DNA of 9,314 bases from Erysipelotrichaceae bacterium (GTDB lineage: Bacteria > Bacillota_I > Bacilli_A > Erysipelotrichales > Coprobacillaceae): NCBI GenBank assembly GCA_028698185.1, contig JAQVDW010000045.1, positions 1-9,314 on the forward strand. Reading direction: 5' to 3'. Position 1 is the first letter of the stretch. Each line of letters begins with the position of its first letter. A program made the translations under genes and the position numbers. The notes under the pieces were generated by a model, which worked only from the letters and a program-made list of their open reading frames with translations, did no database searches and was not told the DNA's origin. Below are positions 1-6,272 of this stretch, piece by piece.

Positions 1-29
1 GGCCTGTATGCGACGGCCCGGGATTATCT

Positions 30-39
30 TGTATATAAT
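30..39 (+). promoter_or_regulatory. Possible -10 box for the PHP/GNAT gene pair
   Basis: TATAAT lies at 34-39 with TG at 30-31, about 35 nt upstream of ATG 73. There is no acceptable -35 hexamer 16-18 nt upstream (CGACGG), and the window edge limits context. Confidence 0.2.
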
Positions 40-58
40 GAAAATTGATAACTGAAAC

Positions 59-65
59 AGAGGAG
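59..65 (+). promoter_or_regulatory. Shine-Dalgarno site of the PHP gene
   Basis: AGAGGAG lies 7 nt upstream of ATG 73. Confidence 0.6.
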
Positions 66-72
66 TAACATA

Positions 73-966
73 ATGAAAAACTATATTGATTTGCACATGC
101 ATTCGCTTTACTCGGACGATGGTCAATACAGTCCAGAGCAGCTAGTCGAGATCGGAATCCAAAATAATTGCAAGATAATGGCGATCGCCGACCACAACAG
201 CGTAAAAGGTGTGGCGGCCGGCATTGCTGCAGCCAAAGAAGCTGGTATCAAAATGATTCCAGCGGTGGAAATCGACTGCACTTACAAGGATGTCAACCTC
301 CATGTCCTGGGATATGGCATCGACTACACCCATGATGATTTCGAGCAACTTGAGGACAACGTCCTCAAACAGGAACTGGCGGCTTCTGCCAAGAAGATGG
401 ACCTGACCAACCAGCTTGGATTCGATGTCGATGAAAAAAAGCTTCAGGAACTTTCCGCCAATGGGGTTTACACCGGCGAGATGTTCGCTGAAGTTTTGCT
501 TGAAGATGAACGCTATGATGACCATCCCCTGCTGATGGACTATCGCCAAGGCAAGACTCGAGGCGACAATCCGTTTGTGAATTTCTACTGGGATTTCTAT
601 GCCCAGGGGAAACCATGCTACACGAAAATCGTCTATCCGACGCTTGAGGAGACAATCGCCCTGATCAAGCGACATGGCGGCGTCGCCGTTCTGGCTCATC
701 CGGGCAACAATCTCAAAGGCAGGTACGGACTTTTTGACGAGATGATCGATCTGGGCATTGACGGAGTCGAGGCATTCTCGAGCTATCATGATATTGATAC
801 GGTCAACTATTTCTACGACTTGGCCCAAAGTCATGGCTTGCTTGTCACATGCGGCAGCGATTTCCACGGCAAGACCAAACCGGCCATCAATATGGGACAG
901 AGCCAGTGTGCCATCGACCAGGAACCAATCGAAGCGAAACTAAAAGAAATGGGATTGTTGGGTTGA
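73..966 (+). CDS. PHP-domain metal-dependent phosphoesterase (TrpH/YciV-like, COG0613-type)
   Basis: 297-codon ORF with an ATG start and a good SD. It carries the ordered PHP metal-ligand motifs: DLHMHSLYSDD (HxH), IADHN, VLAHP, DGVEAFS and GSDFHG. Size and layout match stand-alone PHP phosphoesterases. Assigned from motif recall, not a search. Confidence 0.85.
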   Translation: MKNYIDLHMHSLYSDDGQYSPEQLVEIGIQNNCKIMAIADHNSVKGVAAGIAAAKEAGIKMIPAVEIDCTYKDVNLHVLGYGIDYTHDDFEQLEDNVLKQELAASAKKMDLTNQLGFDVDEKKLQELSANGVYTGEMFAEVLLEDERYDDHPLLMDYRQGKTRGDNPFVNFYWDFYAQGKPCYTKIVYPTLEETIALIKRHGGVAVLAHPGNNLKGRYGLFDEMIDLGIDGVEAFSSYHDIDTVNYFYDLAQSHGLLVTCGSDFHGKTKPAINMGQSQCAIDQEPIEAKLKEMGLLG

Positions 967-1442
967 TGGAAAAACAAGTGAGCTACCGTCGCGCCGTTGT
1001 TGAAGACTGCGCCTTGATTTTGGAGTTTATCAGATCATTGGCGTCATATGAAAATATGGCCGATCAGGTCTGCGCCAACGAGGAGGCTTTGGCCCACTGG
1101 CTATTCGAAGAGAAAAAAGCCGAGGTGATGTTCGTCGTGGAAGACAGCAAGGAAGTCGGATTTGCCCTGTACTTTTTCAACTTCTCGACATTTCTTGCCA
1201 GACCGGGAATCCATCTTGAGGACCTGTTTGTCTTGGAAGGGTACCGTCACCGCGGCTATGGCAAGGGGCTGATCAAGCAACTGATAAAACTTGCCAGGGA
1301 AAATGGCTGCGGCCGGATCGAGTGGTCATGTCTGGATTGGAACGAACCAAGCATCGATTTCTATCTTTCGCTAAACGCCAAGAGGCTTGACGAATGGCTG
1401 GTATTCCGCCTGGAAGAAGCCGATTTCGATGCTCTTGTCTAA
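966..1442 (+). CDS. GNAT-family N-acetyltransferase (diamine/spermidine-acetyltransferase-like)
   Basis: ATG 966-968 overlaps the PHP stop TGA 964-966 (TGATG) and is in frame with ORF 849..1442. The upstream 39 codons lie inside the PHP gene and are rejected. The acetyl-CoA motif is HLEDLFVLEGYRHRGYGKGLI. The C-terminal IEWSCLDWNEPSIDFY pattern is typical of SSAT-like GNATs. Confidence 0.8.
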   Translation: MEKQVSYRRAVVEDCALILEFIRSLASYENMADQVCANEEALAHWLFEEKKAEVMFVVEDSKEVGFALYFFNFSTFLARPGIHLEDLFVLEGYRHRGYGKGLIKQLIKLARENGCGRIEWSCLDWNEPSIDFYLSLNAKRLDEWLVFRLEEADFDALV

Positions 1443-1464
1443 ACCGCCTTTTAAGCGGTTTTTT
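1441..1464 (+). terminator. Rho-independent terminator after the GNAT gene
   Basis: The 7-bp stem AAACCGC (1441-1447) / GCGGTTT (1455-1461) has a 7-nt loop and runs into a T6 tract (1459-1464). It starts within the TAA stop codon. Confidence 0.7.
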
Positions 1465-1556
1465 AACGCCCCAAATCAGGATTTGCCTATACAAGTGTCT
1501 ATTTACTGGATTGACAAAGGATATCCGGAATTCCAGTTCAAATTCGCCCCATCATA

Positions 1557-1585
1557 TTGTAAGTTAACTCCAAAAGGATTAAAAT
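1557..1585 (+). promoter_or_regulatory. Candidate sigma-A promoter for the small membrane-protein gene
   Basis: -35 TTGTAA (1557-1562), an exact 17-nt spacer, and -10 TAAAAT (1580-1585). This would give a leader of about 50 nt before ATG 1641. Sequence match only. Confidence 0.35.
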
Positions 1586-1640
1586 GAGTGTAGACAAACA
1601 CGCTTAGCCAAGTTGGAGATTGACATCTGGAGGTGGTCTC

Positions 1641-2030
1641 ATGCAAATCAAACAACCTTATCTTAACCTAATCCGTGCCCTTATTATCATTGGAGGGGGC
1701 TTCATTCTTTTCAACGGGGCTTTTCTATTGGCGGCCCTGGTCATCAATTCCACTGCCGGATTGATTGGCCGCGAATTGGCCAGTCTGCTTTTCCTGTTGC
1801 TGATTCTCTTTATTTTTGGCGGTATCGCAATCTCCAAATTCAATGATACGATCAAGGCCACATTCTTCACGATGCCGTTGATGACCATTTTGGTCTTGAT
1901 TGGAATCTGGTTGTATGACCGGCCCCAATGGATACCTATAGGCGTTTCGGCCCTGGTTTTGTCTCTGGCGACCGGTTTTGTCCATTATAAAAAAATGGAT
2001 GGCAGTATTACTTTGCCATCCTGTACGTAG
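1641..2030 (+). CDS. Small integral membrane protein (about 4 predicted TM helices), function unknown
   Basis: ATG 1641 is preceded by a strong SD, GGAGGTGG (1629-1636). The TTG at 1620 in the ORF track lies upstream of that SD and is rejected. The translation is dominated by four long hydrophobic stretches (LIRALIIIGGGFILFNGAFLLAALVI, LASLLFLLLILFIFGGIAI, FFTMPLMTILVLIGIWLY, IPIGVSALVLSLATGFV). The 3' end may be frameshifted (see findings). Confidence 0.65.
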   Translation: MQIKQPYLNLIRALIIIGGGFILFNGAFLLAALVINSTAGLIGRELASLLFLLLILFIFGGIAISKFNDTIKATFFTMPLMTILVLIGIWLYDRPQWIPIGVSALVLSLATGFVHYKKMDGSITLPSCT

Positions 2031-2085
2031 CTGTAATGGGGCTCTACATTGTCTTGATGGGAGTCGAAATTTAAGCGATGCTGGT

Positions 2086-2114
2086 TTGGCTAAAAATATT
2101 CACAAAATTAAGAT
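2086..2114 (+). promoter_or_regulatory. Candidate sigma-A promoter for the YhhN-like gene
   Basis: -35 TTGGCT (2086-2091), a 17-nt spacer, and -10 TAAGAT (2109-2114). Each hexamer matches consensus at 4 of 6 positions. Confidence 0.3.
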
Positions 2115-2137
2115 AATTTGTTTTTGTGAGGTGGAAT

Positions 2138-2830
2138 ATGAAAAAATCAACTAAGATATTGATCGCGGTTTTTGGTTTTTTTACATTGCTCATAATGGGT
2201 TTCAACTACTTATGGCAGGATCAAAATCCGGCCTTGATCCTTAAGTTTTTTGTCCGGATATTGATGGTGGCGACTGCGATTGGAATCAAGAAGGAGCACA
2301 AATATCAGACCCTGCTGGCGGTCGCATTTGGCTTCACTTTGTTTTCGGATTTTTTCTTTGTCCTGATGCGGTGCTTCAGTCCGGATTTTTCATATCGCAA
2401 CCTGCTGGGAATCACTGGGTTCATTGGGGCCTATCTGTTTCTGGTTCTGGCTTTTTTTAAGGGGATCCGGTTCAGCCGGTCCGCTTTTTTTACCGCCTTG
2501 CCATTTTTGGCTGTCTATATGGTTGTGCTGATCGATCTGTTCCGCTATGTTGAAGGGGCTCTTCTGGCTGCAGCCATCATCCTGGGTATTATCTTGGTTG
2601 TGATGGCGACGGTTTTGATAGGAACCATCAAAAGGGAGACATTTCCAAAGAAGGCCGCAGTACTGGCGAGCATCAGCGCCGTGTTGCTTTTTGGCAGCGA
2701 CATCGTGGTGGCATACTCGCTTTTCCATCCCGACTTCCACCATTTCATCCTGGTCAAGGAAAACTTTATCTGGGTCACTTACATGGCTGGTTGGCTTGCG
2801 CTCTTGTGTATCCTAAACGAACGTGAATGA
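2138..2830 (+). CDS. Polytopic membrane protein, YhhN-family-like (lysoplasmalogenase-type fold)
   Basis: ATG 2138 follows GAGGTGG (2128-2134). The translation has roughly 7-8 hydrophobic helices. Two motifs recall the paired YhhN/TMEM86 signatures: FGFTLFSDFFFVL and AVLLFGSDIVVAYSLF (F-x-x-SD-x-x-x-A). The CDS call is solid. The family call comes from memory of motifs. Confidence 0.7.
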   Translation: MKKSTKILIAVFGFFTLLIMGFNYLWQDQNPALILKFFVRILMVATAIGIKKEHKYQTLLAVAFGFTLFSDFFFVLMRCFSPDFSYRNLLGITGFIGAYLFLVLAFFKGIRFSRSAFFTALPFLAVYMVVLIDLFRYVEGALLAAAIILGIILVVMATVLIGTIKRETFPKKAAVLASISAVLLFGSDIVVAYSLFHPDFHHFILVKENFIWVTYMAGWLALLCILNERE

Positions 2831-2832
2831 CC

Positions 2833-2864
2833 GGTGATAAGTTGTTCAAGTTGCCTTTATCACC
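2833..2864. repeat. Perfect 8-bp inverted repeat (GGTGATAA ... TTATCACC) with a 16-nt spacer
   Basis: GGTGATAA at 2833-2840 and TTATCACC at 2857-2864. The repeat begins 3 nt after the YhhN-like stop, and its right arm lies in the spacer of the downstream promoter candidate. No U-tract follows it. Confidence 0.5.
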
Positions 2865-2879
2865 TAATGATGGCATAAT
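2851..2879 (+). promoter_or_regulatory. Candidate extended -10 promoter for the HAD / flavodoxin / AlkA-MGMT unit
   Basis: -35 TTGCCT (2851-2856), a 17-nt spacer, and TGgCATAAT (TG 2871-2872, -10 CATAAT 2874-2879). The SD AAGGGGGG (2891-2898) lies 6 nt before ATG 2905. Confidence 0.45.
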
Positions 2880-2904
2880 TAGACAATAACAAGGGGGGCC
2901 TATC

Positions 2905-3654
2905 ATGAACATATTGGCAAGCGATTTTGATGGAACGTTGTATTTCCAGGAAACGGGATATAGGGAAACGGATATCGAGGCGATTTTGAAATTCCAGGAA
3001 CAGGGCAACAAATTCGGCTTTTGCACGGGCCGGCCGCTGATGGGAATCATCCATTTTCTCGATGAAAGGTTAACTCCCGATTTCTACATTCTCAACAGTG
3101 GAGCTTATATTCTTGATGGCGACAGAAGGTGCATCTACAAGAATACGATTGCCCACAGCGTGTGCGAAGATCTGGTGGCTAGCTATACTGGCTGTTCGAT
3201 TACGGTCTTCACCGATGAGTTTATTTACTATACTGTAAAACCGAAGCAACACGACAAAAATGGGATATTGAAACCATATGAGAATTTACAGGATGATATC
3301 GATATCCTGGGAATCTCCCTGCATCTAGATGATGATAAAGAGGCCCTGGATCTGGCAAAGAAGATCAACGGGCATTTGAAACTTGATGCTTTTGTAAACA
3401 TGGGCAGCATCGACTGTGTGGCCAAGGGCTGTTCGAAGGACACCGGCATCAAGGCCATCGCGGATTTCTATGGGTTAAGTGAACCGGTTGCCTGCATCGG
3501 GGACAACTACAACGACTTGCCGATGCTTGAAGGCAGCGAGCTTAGTTTCACTTTCAATTCCAGCCCCGATCCGGTCAAGAAAGCGGCCTCATATCTGGTC
3601 GATTCTCTAAGCGAGTGCGTGGACTGGCTGATGGAAAACAAGAGGAGCAAATGA
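2905..3654 (+). CDS. HAD-superfamily hydrolase, Cof-type (subfamily IIB) sugar-phosphate phosphatase-like
   Basis: Motif I is ASDFDGTLY (DxDGT). Motif II is CTGR. The distal motif is GDNYNDLPML (GDxxNDxxM). The cap region between the motifs has the length expected for HAD-IIB/Cof proteins. Confidence 0.85.
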   Translation: MNILASDFDGTLYFQETGYRETDIEAILKFQEQGNKFGFCTGRPLMGIIHFLDERLTPDFYILNSGAYILDGDRRCIYKNTIAHSVCEDLVASYTGCSITVFTDEFIYYTVKPKQHDKNGILKPYENLQDDIDILGISLHLDDDKEALDLAKKINGHLKLDAFVNMGSIDCVAKGCSKDTGIKAIADFYGLSEPVACIGDNYNDLPMLEGSELSFTFNSSPDPVKKAASYLVDSLSECVDWLMENKRSK

Positions 3655-3655
3655 G

Positions 3656-4132
3656 ATGGCGAAGACGATAATAGTATATTATTCATCCACCGGCAACACC
3701 TACATGATAGCCAAATATATTCATGACCAGCTGGATTGGGAGATGGTGGCGGTGAGTCTCAAAAAGCCGCTGCGCCTGAAGGGCTTTTTCAAATATTTAT
3801 ATGGAGGCTTCATGGCCATTTCTGGCTGCCGGCCAAAACTCGACAACATTGAAGTCGACTGGGATGAATTCGACAGGATAATCATCGCCAGTCCGATCTG
3901 GGCGGGGCGGATGGCTCCGGCGATAAGATCCTTGATTGAAAGCAAGGTCTTCGCGAACAAGGATATTTATTTTCTCTACACAAATGAAGGCGGAGCTAAA
4001 AATATCCCGCGATCGGCCCGAAAGATCATCAGCGCCAACAACCAACTGAAGGGCACCTTTTCCTGCAGGGATGTCGCCAAAAACTATGAGCAAGTCAAAA
4101 AAGAGGCTCTGGATTGGGTGAAATCGCTATGA
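3656..4132 (+). CDS. Short flavodoxin-like protein (Flavodoxin_4-like)
   Basis: ATG 3656 starts 1 nt after the HAD stop, with SD AGAGGAG at 3641-3647. The N-terminal IIVYYSSTGNT is a flavodoxin FMN-phosphate loop. IIIASPIWAGRMAPAIRSLIE and FLYTNEGG match the short flavodoxin-like family pattern. Confidence 0.8.
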   Translation: MAKTIIVYYSSTGNTYMIAKYIHDQLDWEMVAVSLKKPLRLKGFFKYLYGGFMAISGCRPKLDNIEVDWDEFDRIIIASPIWAGRMAPAIRSLIESKVFANKDIYFLYTNEGGAKNIPRSARKIISANNQLKGTFSCRDVAKNYEQVKKEALDWVKSL

Positions 4133-5229
4133 TATTCGAATATACAAAAGCCCAGAAAGATCATCTTAAAAACCGCGAGCCCCGGTTCGAAGAGGTTATC
4201 GAAAGAATCGGAATGATCGAACGGGAAATGGAACCGGACCTCTATCGCGGGGTGATCAGGCAGATTGTCGGGCAGCAGATATCGACCCGGGCCTACAAGA
4301 CAATCTGGGAAAAGATAACCGCCCTGGTAGGACAGGTCGAACCGGATTCTTTCAAGGATCTTGCCCCCGAAACGTTGCAGTCATGTGGTCTTTCATGGCG
4401 GAAGGTCGACTACATCCTCGATTTTTCCCGGGCGGTGGCGAACCGGGAAATCGACCTCGAGAAAATGGCAACCCTGGATAACGAACAGTTCATCAGGGAA
4501 ATGGTAAAGGTAAGGGGAATCGGCCCCTGGAGCGCCCAGATGGTCCTTATTTTCACCCTGGGCCGCCAGGATGTCATCAGTTTCGATGACCTTGGTATCC
4601 AACGGGGCCTGAGCCGGCTCTATCAAAAGGATTCGCTCACACCAAAGGAACTCGAGGATTTTGCCATCCGGGTCCATCCTTATGAAACCGTGGCTTCGCT
4701 GTATCTCTGGGAACTGGCCCATGAAGAACCTGGCAGGCCGGCAAAAACGGAGAAGTCTTCAACGTCCCGGGCCATTTACCAAACTAGCCTAGGTGGTCTT
4801 GAAATAACCTGCCAGGATAACGTGGTTACAAGAATCGGGTGGACAGACGAAGATGATCCGGGAATCCGGACAAAACTGACTGATCTGGTTTTTGGCCAAC
4901 TCGAGGAATATTTTGCCGGGTTGCGGACCGTTTTTGATTTCCCTTACCGGCTCGAGGGGACGCCGTTCCAGCTGGCGGTCTGGCATGAACTTGAAAAAAT
5001 CCCCTATGGAGTCACCTGTTCATACAAGGATATCGCAAAAGCCATAGGCAATGAGCTCGCCGTCCGGGCAGTAGGGGGTGCCAACAATAAAAACCCCATC
5101 GCCATTGTCGTTCCCTGCCATCGGGTTATCGGGGCGAACCGGAAGCTGGTTGGATATGCGGCCGGTGTCGAGATAAAGCGGCGACTGCTGGATATCGAAA
5201 CGGAGGCCAAAATGAAAAGAGGTTCGTGA
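4129..5229 (+). CDS. Bifunctional DNA repair protein: AlkA-type DNA-3-methyladenine glycosylase II (HhH-GPD) fused to methylated-DNA-protein-cysteine methyltransferase (Ogt/MGMT)
   Basis: The N-terminal half (about 4129-4728) has the HhH-GPD motif VRGIGPWSAQMVLIF...QDVISFDDLGIQRG, with the catalytic-position Asp at 4588-4590. A Pro/Lys/Ser linker follows at about 4729-4773. The C-terminal half (about 4774-5226) has the MGMT motifs TPFQLAVWHEL, YKDIA and IVVPCHRVIG, with the acceptor Cys codon at 5116-5118. ATG 4129 overlaps the flavodoxin stop (ATGA). An alternative start is TTG 4114, with AAGAGG 7 nt upstream. Confidence 0.9.
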   Translation: MIFEYTKAQKDHLKNREPRFEEVIERIGMIEREMEPDLYRGVIRQIVGQQISTRAYKTIWEKITALVGQVEPDSFKDLAPETLQSCGLSWRKVDYILDFSRAVANREIDLEKMATLDNEQFIREMVKVRGIGPWSAQMVLIFTLGRQDVISFDDLGIQRGLSRLYQKDSLTPKELEDFAIRVHPYETVASLYLWELAHEEPGRPAKTEKSSTSRAIYQTSLGGLEITCQDNVVTRIGWTDEDDPGIRTKLTDLVFGQLEEYFAGLRTVFDFPYRLEGTPFQLAVWHELEKIPYGVTCSYKDIAKAIGNELAVRAVGGANNKNPIAIVVPCHRVIGANRKLVGYAAGVEIKRRLLDIETEAKMKRGS

Positions 5230-5242
5230 AGAACCTCTTTTT
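5215..5242. terminator. Bidirectional rho-independent terminator between the convergent gene sets
   Basis: A perfect 11-bp stem AAAAGAGGTTC (5215-5225) / GAACCTCTTTT (5231-5241) with loop GTGAA. It is flanked by a T-run on the plus strand and an A-run (T-run on the minus strand). The TGA stop of the repair gene (5227-5229) sits in the loop. The minus-strand gene stops at 5248-5250. Confidence 0.8.
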
Positions 5243-5247
5243 AAACT

Positions 5248-6261
5248 TTATAATGCCACATTGCCGGTGGTATCAACGGTCAGATATTCCCCATCCTCCA
5301 AAGCGATATGGCCGGATTCATACAGGTTGCCATCGATTGTCAGCAGCACCTTGTCGATGTTGTAATAGCCACCAAAAGTGTTGGCGACGCATTGGAGCAT
5401 CATCGATTCGTAGCCGGCTCCAGCGTTCATTTCGCTCAGGTATTCGCCAGACAGGTCAAGATAGACCATGCCATTTTCGTTCATGGAAAGTGAGTTTATC
5501 TTTGTGTTTGCGCTAAATACCCCGCCGGTATTGGCTGGTACATCACTCTTGTATGCGCCACTCAGGATGGCGCCGGTGATGTCATTGGTCGAAAATTCAA
5601 CGGCCATTGTTTTGTAGTAAAGCAAATCGTCGTTGATGTTTGGAAAATAGAAGGCGATATTCTGTGTCAATGCAGCGTTCTGCTCGATTGTCGCCAAGGT
5701 CGAAGAGATCTCGTCCCCGCCGGCAGTGAATACGGTCTTTACCAGCCCGACATTTTTGGCATAGTAGTCGACGGTGGTGTAATCGGCTGATGTTGTTGTG
5801 ATTTCCAGGGCCTGATAATCGCCGCTAGGCGTTTCGATATCGACGGCCAGGTTGGTGATTTCCCGGCTCAAGCCTTCGCTTAAATCCCAGGTTGTTCCAA
5901 CAGCAATCGGTCCCTGGATCAGGATATCAACCTTGTTTGTGGAATCGAGGAAATTTTCCCGGTAGTAGGTTTCACCCTGGAAGAATACTTCGCTTACCTT
6001 GTCATCGGCCACCTCGACTACGGATACCGCTTCGGTGCCCCCGTTGTTTGTGCGCCACTGGATCTTGTTCTCGCCTGTATAGTCGATATAAGCATCATAG
6101 GAAGCGTACTCGTTGCCCGAACCCTCATAGAAGTAATGGACATTCTCCAAAATCGGGAAGTAATCCTTGGCAGTCGGTTCCTGGCTTGAGTCCGACGGTT
6201 GGCAGCCGCCAAGGATCAAACTCAGGGATGCCATAAACGTCAATGTTCTGATTTTTTTCAT
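5248..6261 (-). CDS. Lipoprotein, one copy of the [169-aa unassigned domain + GerMN-like domain] module
   Basis: 337 codons. The N-terminus MKKIRTLTFMASLSLILGG-C20 is a signal peptide plus lipobox. The mature part aligns end to end with each of the three modules of the upstream gene. The C-terminal ~135 aa follow the GerMN ('sporulation and spore germination') pattern. The gene starts 11 nt after the upstream stop. Confidence 0.9.
   Translation of the reverse strand: MKKIRTLTFMASLSLILGGCQPSDSSQEPTAKDYFPILENVHYFYEGSGNEYASYDAYIDYTGENKIQWRTNNGGTEAVSVVEVADDKVSEVFFQGETYYRENFLDSTNKVDILIQGPIAVGTTWDLSEGLSREITNLAVDIETPSGDYQALEITTTSADYTTVDYYAKNVGLVKTVFTAGGDEISSTLATIEQNAALTQNIAFYFPNINDDLLYYKTMAVEFSTNDITGAILSGAYKSDVPANTGGVFSANTKINSLSMNENGMVYLDLSGEYLSEMNAGAGYESMMLQCVANTFGGYYNIDKVLLTIDGNLYESGHIALEDGEYLTVDTTGNVAL
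5251..6168 (-). repeat. Module copy S (stand-alone gene, aa 32-337) of the about 950-nt coding repeat
   Basis: Gapless hand alignment of the 169-aa N-domain to modules 2 and 3 gives 88/169 and 87/169 identities. The C-domain aligns with a single 1-aa indel. Confidence 0.85.
6202..6261 (-). other. Type II (lipoprotein) signal peptide with lipobox Cys20
   Basis: MKKIR + hydrophobic core + ILGG|C. The Cys codon TGC is at 6202-6204 (gca on the plus strand). Confidence 0.7.
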
Positions 6262-6267
6262 AGCTAA

Positions 6268-6272
6268 CCTTT
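6268..6272 (-). promoter_or_regulatory. Weak Shine-Dalgarno site for the stand-alone lipoprotein gene
   Basis: The minus strand reads TAG-AAAGGTTAGCT-ATG, with AAAGG 6 nt before the ATG. The 11-nt intergenic gap implies co-transcription. Confidence 0.4.

Noticed and set aside
142-867. 241-aa ORF antisense to the PHP gene
   Set aside because: It lies entirely inside, and opposite to, an ORF with an unambiguous ordered PHP motif set. It has no SD and no recognisable motifs. It is a typical antisense shadow ORF of a moderately GC-rich coding region.
849-965. N-terminal 39-codon extension of the GNAT ORF, as given in the ORF track
   Set aside because: The extension overlaps the 3' end of the PHP gene in another frame and is Arg/Pro/Gly/Thr-rich nonsense. 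The GNAT fold begins at the Met at 966, which forms a TGATG overlap with the PHP stop.
73-1442. PHP nuclease-like protein plus GNAT as a toxin-antitoxin or defence pair
   Set aside because: The GNAT carries SSAT-type metabolic motifs rather than tRNA-acetylating toxin features. No small DNA-binding antitoxin ORF is present. The PHP protein looks like a housekeeping TrpH-type phosphoesterase. No other defence-associated genes are nearby.
1387-1587. 66-aa ORF spanning the end of the GNAT gene and the intergenic region
   Set aside because: It starts at a TTG inside the GNAT gene, runs straight through the intrinsic terminator hairpin, has no SD and has no recognisable features.
1620-1640. TTG 1620 and GTG 2126 as start codons of the two membrane-protein genes
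   Set aside because: In both cases the Shine-Dalgarno sequence (GGAGGTGG at 1629-1636, GAGGTGG at 2128-2134) lies downstream of the proposed start. It lies just upstream of an in-frame ATG (1641 and 2138).
5226-5516. 96-aa plus-strand ORF starting in the terminator
   Set aside because: It begins inside the bidirectional terminator hairpin and is antisense to the stand-alone lipoprotein gene. Its composition is Arg/Cys/His/Ser-rich and shows no coding signal.
5892-6236. 114-aa plus-strand ORF, Pro/Arg/Gly-rich
   Set aside because: It is antisense to the well-supported lipoprotein CDS. The low-complexity Pro/Arg composition is typical of a reverse-frame artefact.
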